64,000 nucleotides of DNA from Methanobacteriota archaeon (GTDB lineage Archaea > Halobacteriota > Bog-38 > Methanoflorentales > Methanoflorentaceae): NCBI GenBank assembly GCA_963720465.1, contig OY970393.1, positions 1,632,001 to 1,696,000 on the forward strand, given 5' to 3'. The number at the start of each line of letters is the position of its first letter. Position 1 is the stretch's first letter. Positions 31,162 through 41,763 of the stretch are shown here, piece after piece. Under the pieces are notes generated by a model that was not told where the DNA came from, made no database searches, and saw only the letters and a program-made list of their open reading frames with translations. The position numbers and the translations under genes are program-made.

Positions 31162-32859
31162 ATGTATTTTAAGCAGCTTGTCTCCCTGTTCGATGAGCTA
31201 AGCGCCTATTCGTCGAGGCTTAAGAAGGCTGAAATCATAGCTGGTTTTTTGACTGGCGCTTCTGAAGACGATATCGAAATTGTCTGCACATTTCTGACCG
31301 GTCGCATATTTCCGGCGTGGGACACGCGCGACATCGGCGTGGCTGGTAAGACGCTGGTCAAAGTAATTGCGAACATCAGTGGCAAGAGCAGCGAGGAGGT
31401 CGTTGAGAGCTATCGCGACACGGGGCATCTCGGCAAAACTGCAGAACAGCTTCTCGGGAAGAAAGTCGCGATGAGCCTTGCAGCGTTTGAGGAGCCCCTC
31501 ACTGTGGCCGATCTGTACCGTTATTTCGAACAGCTGGCCGCGACGACGGGAAAGGGGTCGGCCCAGAAGAAGCAGCGAATGCTCTCGAGTCTGTTAAGCA
31601 GGGCCGCGCCGAGAGAGGCGTATTATGTCGTCAGTCTTGCCACTCGCAACCTCCTCACTGGCTCAAAGGAAGGCGTAACTGAAGATGCTATCGCCCAGAG
31701 CTTCGGCGTGCCGGCCGATGTGGTGCGGCGCGCGTGGATGCTCGCCAATGACATCGGTCTTGTCGCGCGAATCGCCAAAACAGAGGGACTATCAGGGTTA
31801 CAGGCGCTCAATATCGAACCCATGCGACCTGTCAGGCCCATGCTTGCGCAGAACGTCGCCGGCGCCACCGAAGCGTTGGACGCGATGGGCGGCCGGGCAG
31901 CATTTGAAACGAAGTATGACGGGGCGCGAATTCAAGTCCACAAGACCGGGCCGAAGATTAAGCTCTTCTCTCGCAAGATGGAGGACCTTACCGAGGCGCT
32001 CCCTGACATCCGCGCTGCGGTGAACGAAAGCGTTCACGCCAATTCGCTCATCCTCGACTCCGAGGCGATAGCCGTGGACAAGGACACTGGCAAGGTGATA
32101 CCGTTTCAAAACGTCCTCAACCGCATCCGGCGTAAGTACAGGGTCAGAGAGCTCAGCGATCAGATCCCGATGCAACTGCGCCCCTTTGATATCCTCTATT
32201 TAGACGGAGAAAGTCTCGTCGACCGATCCTTTGCCGAGCGACGCGCACTCCTTGAGAAGACGGTGGCGCCGCTCGATAAGCGATGCACGCCCTCTGAATT
32301 CAAGATCCTCGACGACCCCGAAGCCGTGGCTGCGTTCTTTAGGCAGTCGATCGATGCGGGACACGAGGGGCTGATGGCGAAGGATCTCGACGCCGACTAT
32401 AGCCCGGGCATTCGCGGGCGGAACATGGTGAAGCTCAAGGAGACCCTCGAGAGCCTCGACCTTATCATCATCGCCGCGGAGTACGGCCATGGAAGAAAGG
32501 CCGGCTGGATCACCTCGTACGAGCTCGCCGCGCACGACGAGGACAACGAGCAGTGGGTGCCGGTAGGGCGCGTCTCGAGCGGTGCTTCCGATGAACAGCT
32601 CAAAGAACTGACAGAGCAGATAAAACCCCTCATCATCGGCGAGCACGGGCGTATGGTGGATCTCGAACCACAGATCGTGCTCGAAGTGAAGTTCAACGAG
32701 ATTCAGAAAAGCCCGAACTATGCCTCGGGCTTCGCGCTGCGATTTCCGCGTATCGTGCGGATACGAGACGATAAGGGTCCAGACGACGCTGAAACGCTCG
32801 AGCGCATTGACGCACTATACCGGCTGCAGTTCAAACTCAGAGAGCCTGCCCCGACGTAG
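31162..32859 (+). CDS. lig: ATP-dependent DNA ligase (archaeal)
   Basis: Motif I ETKYDGARIQVH, EGLMAK, ALRFPR; DBD-AdD-OB architecture. Confidence 0.96.
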   Translation: MYFKQLVSLFDELSAYSSRLKKAEIIAGFLTGASEDDIEIVCTFLTGRIFPAWDTRDIGVAGKTLVKVIANISGKSSEEVVESYRDTGHLGKTAEQLLGKKVAMSLAAFEEPLTVADLYRYFEQLAATTGKGSAQKKQRMLSSLLSRAAPREAYYVVSLATRNLLTGSKEGVTEDAIAQSFGVPADVVRRAWMLANDIGLVARIAKTEGLSGLQALNIEPMRPVRPMLAQNVAGATEALDAMGGRAAFETKYDGARIQVHKTGPKIKLFSRKMEDLTEALPDIRAAVNESVHANSLILDSEAIAVDKDTGKVIPFQNVLNRIRRKYRVRELSDQIPMQLRPFDILYLDGESLVDRSFAERRALLEKTVAPLDKRCTPSEFKILDDPEAVAAFFRQSIDAGHEGLMAKDLDADYSPGIRGRNMVKLKETLESLDLIIIAAEYGHGRKAGWITSYELAAHDEDNEQWVPVGRVSSGASDEQLKELTEQIKPLIIGEHGRMVDLEPQIVLEVKFNEIQKSPNYASGFALRFPRIVRIRDDKGPDDAETLERIDALYRLQFKLREPAPT

Positions 32860-32937
32860 AGTTTTTTATCCGGAATGCGTTAGCTCGCCTCGTCGAAGGC
32901 TGACATCTTTAACGTAAATTGACGCAAGTGGAATGTC

Positions 32938-33243
32938 ATGAGTGGGAAATATAGCGTCAAGACGCTGAGGCCGTGTGTTGGTGGGGGATTGGCCATACAG
33001 GCGCACTTTGAAAAAGGATTCTCCATGGAAGCGCTGTGCAAGCTCTTGGAGGGTATCGCACAATGCTCGGCAAGGCTCGGCGTTGCACGATTTTCCCACG
33101 AGGGATGCACGTTCACGCTGTATAGAAGCGGGCGGGTAGACGTGCACCGTGCCGAATCAGAAGAGGAAGCGATTCGACTGATCGATGAGATCAAGCCGAT
33201 CGTTGAGGCCGCGTTCGTCGAGCAACCGTCGACGTTACTCTGA
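32938..33243 (+). CDS. Small hypothetical protein with a TBP-like helix-grip motif
   Basis: LRPC...FTLYRSGRVDVHRAESEEEA. Confidence 0.65.
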   Translation: MSGKYSVKTLRPCVGGGLAIQAHFEKGFSMEALCKLLEGIAQCSARLGVARFSHEGCTFTLYRSGRVDVHRAESEEEAIRLIDEIKPIVEAAFVEQPSTLL

Positions 33244-33471
33244 CTTCTTACAGATCATCGTCATTTTCCTGTGCAACTCTTTCCCGGTCGGCGTGAGTTC
33301 GACGCCTTTGTCGCTTTTCACAACATAGCCCGCTTCAGTTAGGCGCTGTACCTCCTTGTCGACTAGCTGGTCCCGCGCCACGCCGTAGCTTTCGCGGTAG
33401 GCCTTTTTGATCCCGAGAGACATACTGCGCCAGAGAAGATCGTGTGCCTCGATGTTGATGTCGATCTCCAT
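33235..33471 (-). CDS. Small winged-helix-like protein
   Basis: EVQRLTEAGYVVKSDKGVELTPTG wing motif. Confidence 0.6.
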   Translation of the reverse strand: MEIDINIEAHDLLWRSMSLGIKKAYRESYGVARDQLVDKEVQRLTEAGYVVKSDKGVELTPTGKELHRKMTMICKKSE

Positions 33472-33750
33472 CTTTAAAGCTCCATGAATGGTGGGATATA
33501 TCTTAACGGCGGAACGATTAATATATTGCTCGTCGATCTTGAGAACGCGAACGGGCAGCCAGTGCTGCGGGGCGATCGGCACAGAAATATGTGCTTGCCA
33601 CAATTCGACATCATCGTTTTAAAAAAGCGTAGATAACGTGCGCGGGGGCAGTACGGCGCGGAAGCTCGTGAACCGAAAGTGTCATTCGTGCAGGGCAAAA
33701 CATATCACGGCGTGCAATTATTTCTTTCGCAATCTTCAAAAAAGCAGAAA

Positions 33751-34354
33751 ATGGAGCACACGACTGTGGTTGAGACTCCCCAATACAAGGTTGAAAAAAA
33801 GCAAGATAGTTTTGAGATTAGAACGTACGCAGCATATATCCTAGCCCAAATTGACGTCGAATCAGATTTTGATGGAGCGTTAAGGAACGGGTTTGAGATT
33901 CTTGCTCAAGCATTTTTGGAGGAAACAGAAAAAAGGAATCAATCGCTATGACGGCGCCGGTTTCCGAGGAAAAATTGTCGGGCTCCGAGGAAATCCCTAT
34001 GATGGCTCCTGTGACGTCAGAAAAGATATCGATGACTGCCCCTGTAACCGAAGAACAAGCGGGAGAACGCGTTCACCGAATCTCCTTTGCCATGCCGTCG
34101 AGGTTCGCGCTCGAAACGCTGCCGGAGCCACTAGACAAGCGGATCACGTTTAAGGTCGTTGAGAGCCGGAGAACCGCCACAATACGATTCGCAGGGCGTG
34201 TGCACGAGAAGCTTGCGGCTCAGAAAACCGAAGAACTGAGGGATTGGCTCGGAGGAATGGCGTTGTGCCAAAATCAAACTTTGTTGTCGCGTTATACAAC
34301 CCGCCGTTCATACCGGGCATCTTTAGAAGAAATGAGATCGTTGTTGATATTTGA
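33751..34354 (+). pseudogene. SOUL heme-binding protein, multiple frameshifts
   Basis: ETPQYKV..FEIRTY, GF..LA/FGGN, IAMTAPV, FAMPS, YNPPFIPGIFRRNEIV spread over several frames. Confidence 0.85.
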
Positions 34355-34447
34355 CGTACGTGCCGATGTAATGCAATGCTCAAAGCAACCGCGCGGTAGA
34401 GCGGCAGCGCAACGTGCGTGGTGCCCGCGGCGCGGGAGGCCTTGAAC

Positions 34448-35401
34448 GTGTCTTACGTAATAAAGCTCATATCAATCCGACGCAAGCAGGAATTGGCCGA
34501 TCAGTTCCGCGCCCAAGTTGTGTACGAGGTCAAATCGGACGTCTACGGGTGCTGTATTAAGCTGCTCACTGGCACGCAATCGGTCGCAACTCGCTGGGGC
34601 GAAAGCTTCTATTTTATGTCGCAAAACATACGGTCGCACGGACGCCTTTATGTCGTCACCGGCCCGGCAGAAGAGACGAATGAAGTGTACTATGACCCTC
34701 GATCTAAGACCGCGTTCCTCTTAAACTTCGACTACTACGGCTGGATCAAGTCGCTGGCGTTGAGCGTCGCAGGAGATGTCCTCGAAGACGAACACGACAT
34801 CTATTCGCTGCACGGCGCGTGCCTCGACGTGAACGGGCAAGGCATGTGCATTCTCGGTGAACCAGGAGCTGGCAAGACGACACACACGTACGGTTTGTTG
34901 AGGCATCCAGAGGTACGCGTTGTTTCAGATGACTGGTTTTTCGCGCGAGTCTACGGGCCAGACATACTCGCCTATAGTTCGGAAAAGAATTTTTACATAC
35001 GCGCTGACCTCGCTAAGATCTGGAGCGAATTCGACTGGCTGGTTGAACGGGCGGAGTTTGACGGCGAAGGCCGCGCCGTCGTCGATCTTCGACTGGCAAT
35101 CGGAAAAGGACGCATCCTGCCCTTGACGACGCTTAAAAAGATGATCATCTTAAAACGCGACGCAAGTGATCCGGAATTCGTTCGAGAGCTCACAGCGGCA
35201 CAGGCATTGTCCATTCTTGAACGCCACGACTATTTCAATCCGCACCTGCTCGTAAGCACTCCGTTCAAACGAAGGCTTCGCAAGGCGTTTTTTGGCGCGC
35301 TACTTGAACGGATCACAGTCTACGAGGTCAATACGACCGAGCAGCCTGAGCAAAGTCAGATGCGGATACGAGAAATCATCTTTCCGGTAAATGCTCTGTA
35401 G
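34448..35401 (+). CDS. HPr-kinase/PEPCK-like P-loop protein
   Basis: HGACLDVNG, Walker A GEPGAGKTT, VSDDW. Confidence 0.78.
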   Translation: MSYVIKLISIRRKQELADQFRAQVVYEVKSDVYGCCIKLLTGTQSVATRWGESFYFMSQNIRSHGRLYVVTGPAEETNEVYYDPRSKTAFLLNFDYYGWIKSLALSVAGDVLEDEHDIYSLHGACLDVNGQGMCILGEPGAGKTTHTYGLLRHPEVRVVSDDWFFARVYGPDILAYSSEKNFYIRADLAKIWSEFDWLVERAEFDGEGRAVVDLRLAIGKGRILPLTTLKKMIILKRDASDPEFVRELTAAQALSILERHDYFNPHLLVSTPFKRRLRKAFFGALLERITVYEVNTTEQPEQSQMRIREIIFPVNAL

Positions 35402-35621
35402 CCTTTTGGAAGGCATTGCGCAGTTGTCGGGGCAGCAAGCGTCGCCGATTTTTCCGGGAAACGATGCACTTCCACGCTGTCAGGACCTGCAGTGCCGAGT
35501 GGAGAGTCCTCCGTGTGTATGCAAAAAATGAAAATAACCACGCTGAAGACGGGAAAAGCATAAGAATCCGACGCGACTTATGCATCTATCTTAAAAATGA
35601 GGAGGAGATAGCATAGCAGCA

Positions 35622-36134
35622 ATGTATAAACAGCTTGTCCTTGCGATTTTCCCGAATGAAACCGCCGCCGACCGGGCAGCCGGAGAACTCAAAGGATGGG
35701 AAAAAGCGAACGACGAGATAAAAAGGGGAGCGGTCGGCGTCCTAGTTAAGGACAACGACGGTAAGATCAAAGCGCATAAACTAGGTACGCGAGAGACCAC
35801 CAGAGGCGCAGGCGTCGGTCTGGTTCTCGGCATTATCGCAACGGTGCTTTCAGGAGGGCTAGCCCTTCTCGCCGGCGTCGTGGGCGGCATTATCGTCGGA
35901 GGCATTCTCGGCAGCTTCGTCCATCGTGGGCTTGGCATGTCTGATGAAGACTTGCGGCTTCTCGGTGAACATCTCGATGCCGGGCGGGCAGCTGTTGGAG
36001 TACTCGTCCCTGATAATGAGGCCGCAGCGACGAGTGCCGAGCTAAAGAAGCTGGGCGGCGACATCACCACTTACCAAGTTAGTGAAGAGGCGCTGCAGCA
36101 GGCTGCGGAAGCAGCGAAAGGCGCAGGCGCGTAA
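35622..36134 (+). CDS. DUF1269 family membrane protein
   Basis: LVLAIF..E..AD, VLVKDNDGKIK, Gly-zipper hairpin. Confidence 0.8.
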   Translation: MYKQLVLAIFPNETAADRAAGELKGWEKANDEIKRGAVGVLVKDNDGKIKAHKLGTRETTRGAGVGLVLGIIATVLSGGLALLAGVVGGIIVGGILGSFVHRGLGMSDEDLRLLGEHLDAGRAAVGVLVPDNEAAATSAELKKLGGDITTYQVSEEALQQAAEAAKGAGA

Positions 36135-36494
36135 GAGGTCTAACCTGTTCTTTGTTCAGTAATGAGCGGGCAGTCGCTCTGTGCGGACTTGTGTTCGTGG
36201 TCAACGCAGGGCGCCGGGAGCACGCCTCCCCTTTTTTTTCTTCACAGAAAAGCGTTTTGAGGTTTTTTTGGTGCATTGGCGATCACACACACGGATACAG
36301 TGAGACGAAAGAAAAGATGCGATCACTCTATAAACCGAGTTCAATCTCGCGGTTTTCGCCTTGCTAGGCATTGTTCTCAGGAGCGTTTTTCGCACTCTGA
36401 AGTTGGAGATCCGCAACGGGAAGCGCCAGCAGGTGGTCCCAATCCCCCCTCAAGCCGGCACCCAGTCGAACTCTCCGTCGAAAGTCCTCCTGGG

Positions 36495-37964
36495 CTAAAG
36501 CAAACCTGAAAACAGGCGCGCGATCGACTCCTTAAGTTTAATGATTACGGAGCGGTTTGCATAACGTTCAGGGGTAAGCTCGGTAGAAACGCCCATGTCT
36601 TTGACGAACGCCTCCTTTAAGCGGCGCGCAACAGTGGTATCATAAATAACTGCGTTCGTCTCAAAGTTGAGACCGAAGCTCCGCCTATCCCAGTTTGCGC
36701 TCCCGACAGATGCGGCCACCTCGTCCACTACAATCGTCTTTGCGTGAAGGAACCCGTTGTCGTTGTCGTAGGTGTACGCCCGGATGCCCGAGTCGAGCAG
36801 CTGCCCAACGAAGGAAAGCCCTGCCCAGTACACGAAGGGATGATCTGGTCGGTTTGGAATCATAATACGCACGTCAAGGCCAGAAAGTGCTGCAATTCGG
36901 AGTGCGTCCCGAACACTGTCGTCAGGGATGAAATACGGGGTCTGAAGATAGATGGTGTCTGTCGCGGAGTTGATCATCTTCAGATAGGACTCCTTAATTG
37001 GGTTCCAATAGGTGTCCGGCCCCCCTGAGACGATTTGCACGGACGCGCCAGCGGGCGTGGTGACATCAGGGAAATAGCGGTGCTCGTAGTCGAGGTGCCG
37101 CTCCTCTAGGTGCTGCTCCTTTACCGCATAGTTCCAATCGAAGAAGAACCGGAGTTGGCACAACAAAACCGCCGATCCGGCAATTCGCACAGCGGCATCG
37201 CGCCAGTATCCCCATTTCCTGACCTTTCCGAGGTACTCATCGCCGATGTTGAACCCGCCGACGAAGCCGATCTTACCATCAATAACGGCAATCTTACGGT
37301 GATTTCTGAAATTAGACCGAAGATTCAAGAATCGTAGCAGCGAAGGGAAGAAGAACGCCACTTGGCCCCCCGCATTCTTCAACTCATCAAAAAAATGCCG
37401 AGGCAGAGGCGCACAGCCGAACCCGTCGCACAAGAGCTTGATTTCGACTCCCGCACGCGCGCGTTGCGTAAGCGCTTCTCGCATCTCGTGACTGAGCGCG
37501 TCATCTCTCCATAAGTAGTACTCGAGATGGACGTGATCGCGGGCTGCGTTGATCGCCGCAATCAGATCTGCGAATTTCTCACTGCCGTCCGAGTACACCT
37601 TGATCTGGTTGTTCGTCGTGAGTATTGAAGCGCCGTCTTCGATTAGCATCAACACCATACGGCGGAACGCGGCAGGAAGATGATCCGTCGCCGGGATTTC
37701 ACTTGCTTTCAGTTCACTTTTCTGCAATTCGATGAGGCGCCTGAAGGCCATATCCGCATCGTGCTTCAACCGAAACATCTTCTTTTTGCGGTAATTCTGG
37801 CCGAAGAATATGTAGAGAACAAACCCGAGAACGGGTAAGAAGTAAAGGACCAACAACCAGGCCCAGACATCAGCCGGATTTTTCGTGTCAAAAAAGACAA
37901 TGGTGATAGCGAAAATTAGATCCGCAACAAGAATGGCGATCAGTGCGAGGTCAGTAATAGTCAT
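36495..37964 (-). CDS. cls: Cardiolipin synthase (PLD family)
   Basis: Two HKD motifs (HRKIAVID, HAKTIVVD); N-terminal PLDc_N TM pair. Confidence 0.94.
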   Translation of the reverse strand: MTITDLALIAILVADLIFAITIVFFDTKNPADVWAWLLVLYFLPVLGFVLYIFFGQNYRKKKMFRLKHDADMAFRRLIELQKSELKASEIPATDHLPAAFRRMVLMLIEDGASILTTNNQIKVYSDGSEKFADLIAAINAARDHVHLEYYLWRDDALSHEMREALTQRARAGVEIKLLCDGFGCAPLPRHFFDELKNAGGQVAFFFPSLLRFLNLRSNFRNHRKIAVIDGKIGFVGGFNIGDEYLGKVRKWGYWRDAAVRIAGSAVLLCQLRFFFDWNYAVKEQHLEERHLDYEHRYFPDVTTPAGASVQIVSGGPDTYWNPIKESYLKMINSATDTIYLQTPYFIPDDSVRDALRIAALSGLDVRIMIPNRPDHPFVYWAGLSFVGQLLDSGIRAYTYDNDNGFLHAKTIVVDEVAASVGSANWDRRSFGLNFETNAVIYDTTVARRLKEAFVKDMGVSTELTPERYANRSVIIKLKESIARLFSGLL

Positions 37965-38545
37965 GTCTTCTTTTGAGGAGCTCTTCCGTGGTGGCGCGCT
38001 GTCGCCGTGGTTTGATGTTTTCAGAGCAGAATCTCAATCTCTCTTAATTAGGATCAGCTTGTTTTTTCTTCATCTTAAAAGTGGTGATTGTCGGCTCGAA
38101 TCTAAGACGCTTTGTGTTCTGCTATTATCAGCAGTAATAGCGTTATCAGCCACTACACTTCTATTATCAGTGCGCTCGTGCTGATAGGACTCGTTGCTTC
38201 TGCTGCGAAGATCAGCCCACTCCATCGCTGCCCCTTTTTGACAACGCTGTGCTAGGACAGCAATCCGCATTCGGAGAATCCACGTGCTGTTCTGCTTGGT
38301 CGCATAACAACGACAAAAAGTGTAACACGACTCGCTATACCAGTTTCTTTAAAAAAGCGGGCAACTTGCGCTCCGATTAAACTTGCTCCCTCTTCAGGCT
38401 TTACATCAATGAGTTCAGTTAGCTCATAGAAATCACAGCGGCAGATGCATTCGCCCTGACTCTGTCGAAGGTCTTGGGCCGTGACGGCTTTAGGAAAAGT
38501 GAGGAAAGGGCGCTGCCACGTGCTATAGTGGGCTCCTGCAAATTT

Positions 38546-38895
38546 TCAGCAAACCGGTCGTCTCGAACCTTTTTTTCCCGTGGAATGTATATCCGAAAGT
38601 TCGTCATCGATTTTCGGCGCTACTATCCCGCTCTCCTCGAAGAGCTTGAGGAGATAGGCCTGCTTGAGGTTGATGACTAGAGCCCGCTCAGTTTGTTGTG
38701 CGACTTGAAAGAAGCTACGCATGCGGTCAGTATCTTGCTCAGGAAAGTTGACGACAGCAAGGTTGTCTGTCTTGCTGATCACTTCTGCGGACGCGTCTCG
38801 CACCGCTTCTTCACTTAAGTAGGCCGATCATTGATCCTAGTGCCTTCGCAGATGAACACCACCGGATCGACTTCTGCGGCGCGTTCAGCGAATTT
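38546..38895 (-). pseudogene. Internal fragment of an RNase J-like metallo-beta-lactamase
   Basis: KFAERAAEVDPVVFICEGTRI / SEEAVRD...VVNFPEQDTDRMRSFFQVAQQTERALVINLKQAYLL. Confidence 0.65.
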
Positions 38896-39180
38896 TTGCG
38901 TCAAGTCTCCTTTATAACCGTGGAAACGAAAATCTCCGGCATAGACGACGGAGCTGGAACTGGTATCCAGAATATAAGAGTTTGCGCCTTCGCGAGTGAC
39001 TTACTCGGAGGGCCTCACAGCGCAGGGCTCCCACAACGGACGGGTCTTCGACGCCGTGGTGCGTCCTCGGATTTTTTTTGGGTCTGCTCGCAAAAAAGGG
39101 GGGGGATAACACCCCTAACATCTGCGGGGTGCGACCCAACACAAACTGTAGCGTCCACCGACGAGATACAGATTCACTCC

Positions 39181-39846
39181 TCAACTGGGCTTAACGTAGA
39201 AGGTTGTCCGCTTGGTGCTAATGAGCTTCTGTTCGTGATAAAGGCGCGCGGTGAGGTGGTACAAGCCGTCTTCAATCGCCAAGTACTTGCTTTCGAATCG
39301 CTTTATGCCGTGTTTTTTTATGAAGTCGATATCGGTCTCGTCTATGAGCTTAACGGCTTTCGACGGGGGAGTTACGCTGACTTCGAGCCGCAGATCCGAC
39401 ACGTCGCGGTGGGCGTGCACGACCGTTTCCGTCTTGATCATCTCGTTAAGTGCCCAATAGGGCTTATTCACGAAGAACATCTGGATCTCGGCGGGATCCT
39501 CAGTGACGCGAATCTCATAAAATGGGGAGAACCAGCTCACGTAAGCACCGTCGATGTACGCCGAGACATCCAGATAGACCGATCCGGTGTGGCTCGCATT
39601 GACGTGAAAGTTGAGCACCTCCGTGTCTTGTGGGGCTAACTCTTTCACGAAATGGAACTCGCCGCTCGGCAAGACGTCGATATCGTACGAGTTGTAGGCA
39701 TACAGCGTCGCGCTTATGTCGACGAAGCGCTCCGTTGACACGTTCTTCAGCCGCACGGTAATCCAGTGGCGCCCCCGGCCGAGCACATCCGGCGTAACGG
39801 TTGCCTCAAAGGGAAAATTCCGTTTTTCATCATTCATAAACTCCAC
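39181..39846 (-). CDS. Hypothetical beta-sandwich (Ig/CARDB-like) protein
   Basis: ITVRLKNVS...KELAPQDTEVLNFHV beta-rich pattern; divergent from TetR. Confidence 0.7.
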   Translation of the reverse strand: MEFMNDEKRNFPFEATVTPDVLGRGRHWITVRLKNVSTERFVDISATLYAYNSYDIDVLPSGEFHFVKELAPQDTEVLNFHVNASHTGSVYLDVSAYIDGAYVSWFSPFYEIRVTEDPAEIQMFFVNKPYWALNEMIKTETVVHAHRDVSDLRLEVSVTPPSKAVKLIDETDIDFIKKHGIKRFESKYLAIEDGLYHLTARLYHEQKLISTKRTTFYVKPS

Positions 39847-39969
39847 TCACCTTCTGAATCTGTTTTTTTGTTGTATTCCATATTGTTTTCTCCTGGCGAA
39901 GTGCAGCAGCCAATGCGTCTCCGCGTAAGCTTCAGCAACACCTGCATTTTTATGTCGATACAAAATTAG

Positions 39970-39996
39970 TATCGATACGGTATCGTATTATATTAT
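39970..39996. promoter_or_regulatory. Putative TetR operator 1
   Basis: TATCGATACGGTATCGTATTATATTAT with an ATACG-N4-CGTAT palindrome; 25/27 match to the reverse complement of 40208-40234. Confidence 0.75.
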
Positions 39997-40207
39997 AAGT
40001 AATAAAGCTTTCGCTCAATCTCTTATAATTAAGACCCACCTACGAACAACTCATAAAAAAGTATTCAAATTAAGAATCTGGCTGCAACAGCAGAACAATA
40101 TCTCATAAGAAACACATAACTCGATGCCCTGCTTTCACTCATCACAAGAAAGAGCACAGCCTTGTTAATTTACGCACAAATTGCAACCGCAAACTATATT
40201 ACAAATC

Positions 40208-40234
40208 ATAATATAATACGATTCTGTATCGATA
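40208..40234. promoter_or_regulatory. Putative TetR operator 2
   Basis: ATAATATAATACGATTCTGTATCGATA, an inverted copy of operator 1, upstream of tetR. Confidence 0.75.
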
Positions 40235-40296
40235 TCATATATCAATGATGACTAAGCGCTTAAAAGCAAGAAAAATCGAAAGAGAACACTGATACT

Positions 40297-40935
40297 ATGA
40301 GTGTTGAAGAACCCAAACCCCCACGGCCTGTTGGCCGTCCGCGAAGCAATGAGGTGCACTCAGCCATTCTCACAGCGGCGATTGAGTTATTTGCCGAAGA
40401 GGGATTTGATGGCCTGAGCATCGAAGCGGTCGCGAACCGAGCGGGTGTGGGTAAAACGGCGATCTACCGGCGGTGGTCGTCGAAGGAGGCTCTCCTCCTT
40501 GACGCGCTGAAAGTGCTCCGCGTGGAGGTTCCGATCGTCGACACTGGGAACTTCCGTGAAGATGCAACGGCGTTTCTACGCGACACCGTTCGTGCGTATT
40601 CGCGGCAAGCCAACCGGCTGTACGTAAAAGTATGGTTGAGGATTGTTGGTGAGCTTTACGAACATCCTAACTTGTTCAGCACGCTCTATGCCCGGCTCTT
40701 TGAGGAACGCAATCGGCAGCTTGAGCTCTTGATTAGACGAGCGCAAGACCGCGCGGAGTTACGCCATGACCTTGACGCGGCGTTTATAGAGGACCTTGTC
40801 GCCGGACCAATCATCATTCACGCACTTCTCTCTTTAGTTCGATCCACACCATACACGCTCCACGAATTGACCACAATGATTGTTGACGTCGTAATATCTG
40901 GAATCGAACCCCGTTCTCAGCCTCCTTCGCCGTGA
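40297..40935 (+). CDS. TetR/AcrR family transcriptional regulator
   Basis: GRPRS...[27 protein letters not shown]. Confidence 0.94.
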   Translation: MSVEEPKPPRPVGRPRSNEVHSAILTAAIELFAEEGFDGLSIEAVANRAGVGKTAIYRRWSSKEALLLDALKVLRVEVPIVDTGNFREDATAFLRDTVRAYSRQANRLYVKVWLRIVGELYEHPNLFSTLYARLFEERNRQLELLIRRAQDRAELRHDLDAAFIEDLVAGPIIIHALLSLVRSTPYTLHELTTMIVDVVISGIEPRSQPPSP

Positions 40936-41095
40936 CGTGCAGATAGGCCCATCCGGTGTGATCCGCAGAAACGTTAAAGCTGAGGTCTGTCGTTTCTTGA
41001 GGGGCCAGCTCTTTCACGAAATGATGTGAGCCGCCTGTCAGGACGTCGATGTCGTATGAGTTAAAGGGCCACAGCGTCGTGCTTATGCCGTCGAG
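40932..41095 (-). pseudogene. Fragment of a paralog of the 39181-39846 gene
   Basis: [51 protein letters not shown] vs ISATLYAYNSYDIDVLPSGEFHFVKELAPQDTEVLNFHVNASHTGSVYLDV. Confidence 0.85.
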
Positions 41096-41242
41096 ACGGA
41101 TCGTGCCAAGAAGCTGCATAAACTCTTGATCCCCTGGGACAAGCTGTCCGAGGAGGAAAAAGAAAAGGATCACGACCTCGTGCGTGGCATCCCAGACGTT
41201 TGAGCCCGGGTCGGGTTCACTATCGTCAAATCCAACACGTAG
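41093..41242 (+). pseudogene. C-terminal RyR-domain remnant
   Basis: ETDRAKKLHKLLIPWDKLSEEEKEKDHDLVRGIPDV*ARVGFTIVK fits the RyR H-x-x-L-x-P-W-x-x-L-x-E-x-E-K-x-K-D motif. Confidence 0.75.
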
Positions 41243-41251
41243 GTAGTAGAC

Positions 41252-41405
41252 ATGGCCCAATCCTCACGCACCTTTCGTGTCTTCGTCAGCTCCACGTTTG
41301 GCGACCTTATTGAGGAGCGCAACGCCCTGCAACACGAAGTCTTCCCGCGCTTGCGGACGCTCTGTCATGAGCACGGCCGCCGTTTCCAACCCGTCGACAT
41401 CCGGG
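41252..41405 (+). pseudogene. N-terminal DUF4062-domain remnant
   Basis: RTFRVFVSSTFGDLIEERNALQHEVFPRLRTLC..HGRRFQPVDIR, truncated at the usual DLRWG. Confidence 0.8.
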
Positions 41406-41763
41406 GGCAGCGGGAGAAATCATCACACGGTCGTGACGGTTTGCTTATATCGCCAGGAGATGCGTTAGTGCTCATGAGTTATTGAAGTAAATTAACGCAG
41501 AATCGGCAATGCTTGCTCGAAATGAGCCGAGCGGCTCGCAAACGCTACCAGTCCCTCCCGACTTGGGAAGGGTCTATGTATGCGATTCGGACTTTTTGGA
41601 ATGAACTCGCAGATAACGCTCCGTTTTGAGTAACCGAGGATTACTCACTACATCTTTGACTAGTTGTACAAAACTCTTTACAGCCATAACGTCACACCGA
41701 AGGCCGTTAAGCCTGGAAAAGTTATTTAAGGATCTAAAATGAACGTTTCCGCGGTGATTATGC

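Noticed and set aside
40895-40930. GGAATCGAACCCC, antisense T-loop-like sequence at the tetR end
   Set aside because: The T-stem does not pair and there is no acceptor strand; it is explained by the codons for SGIEP.
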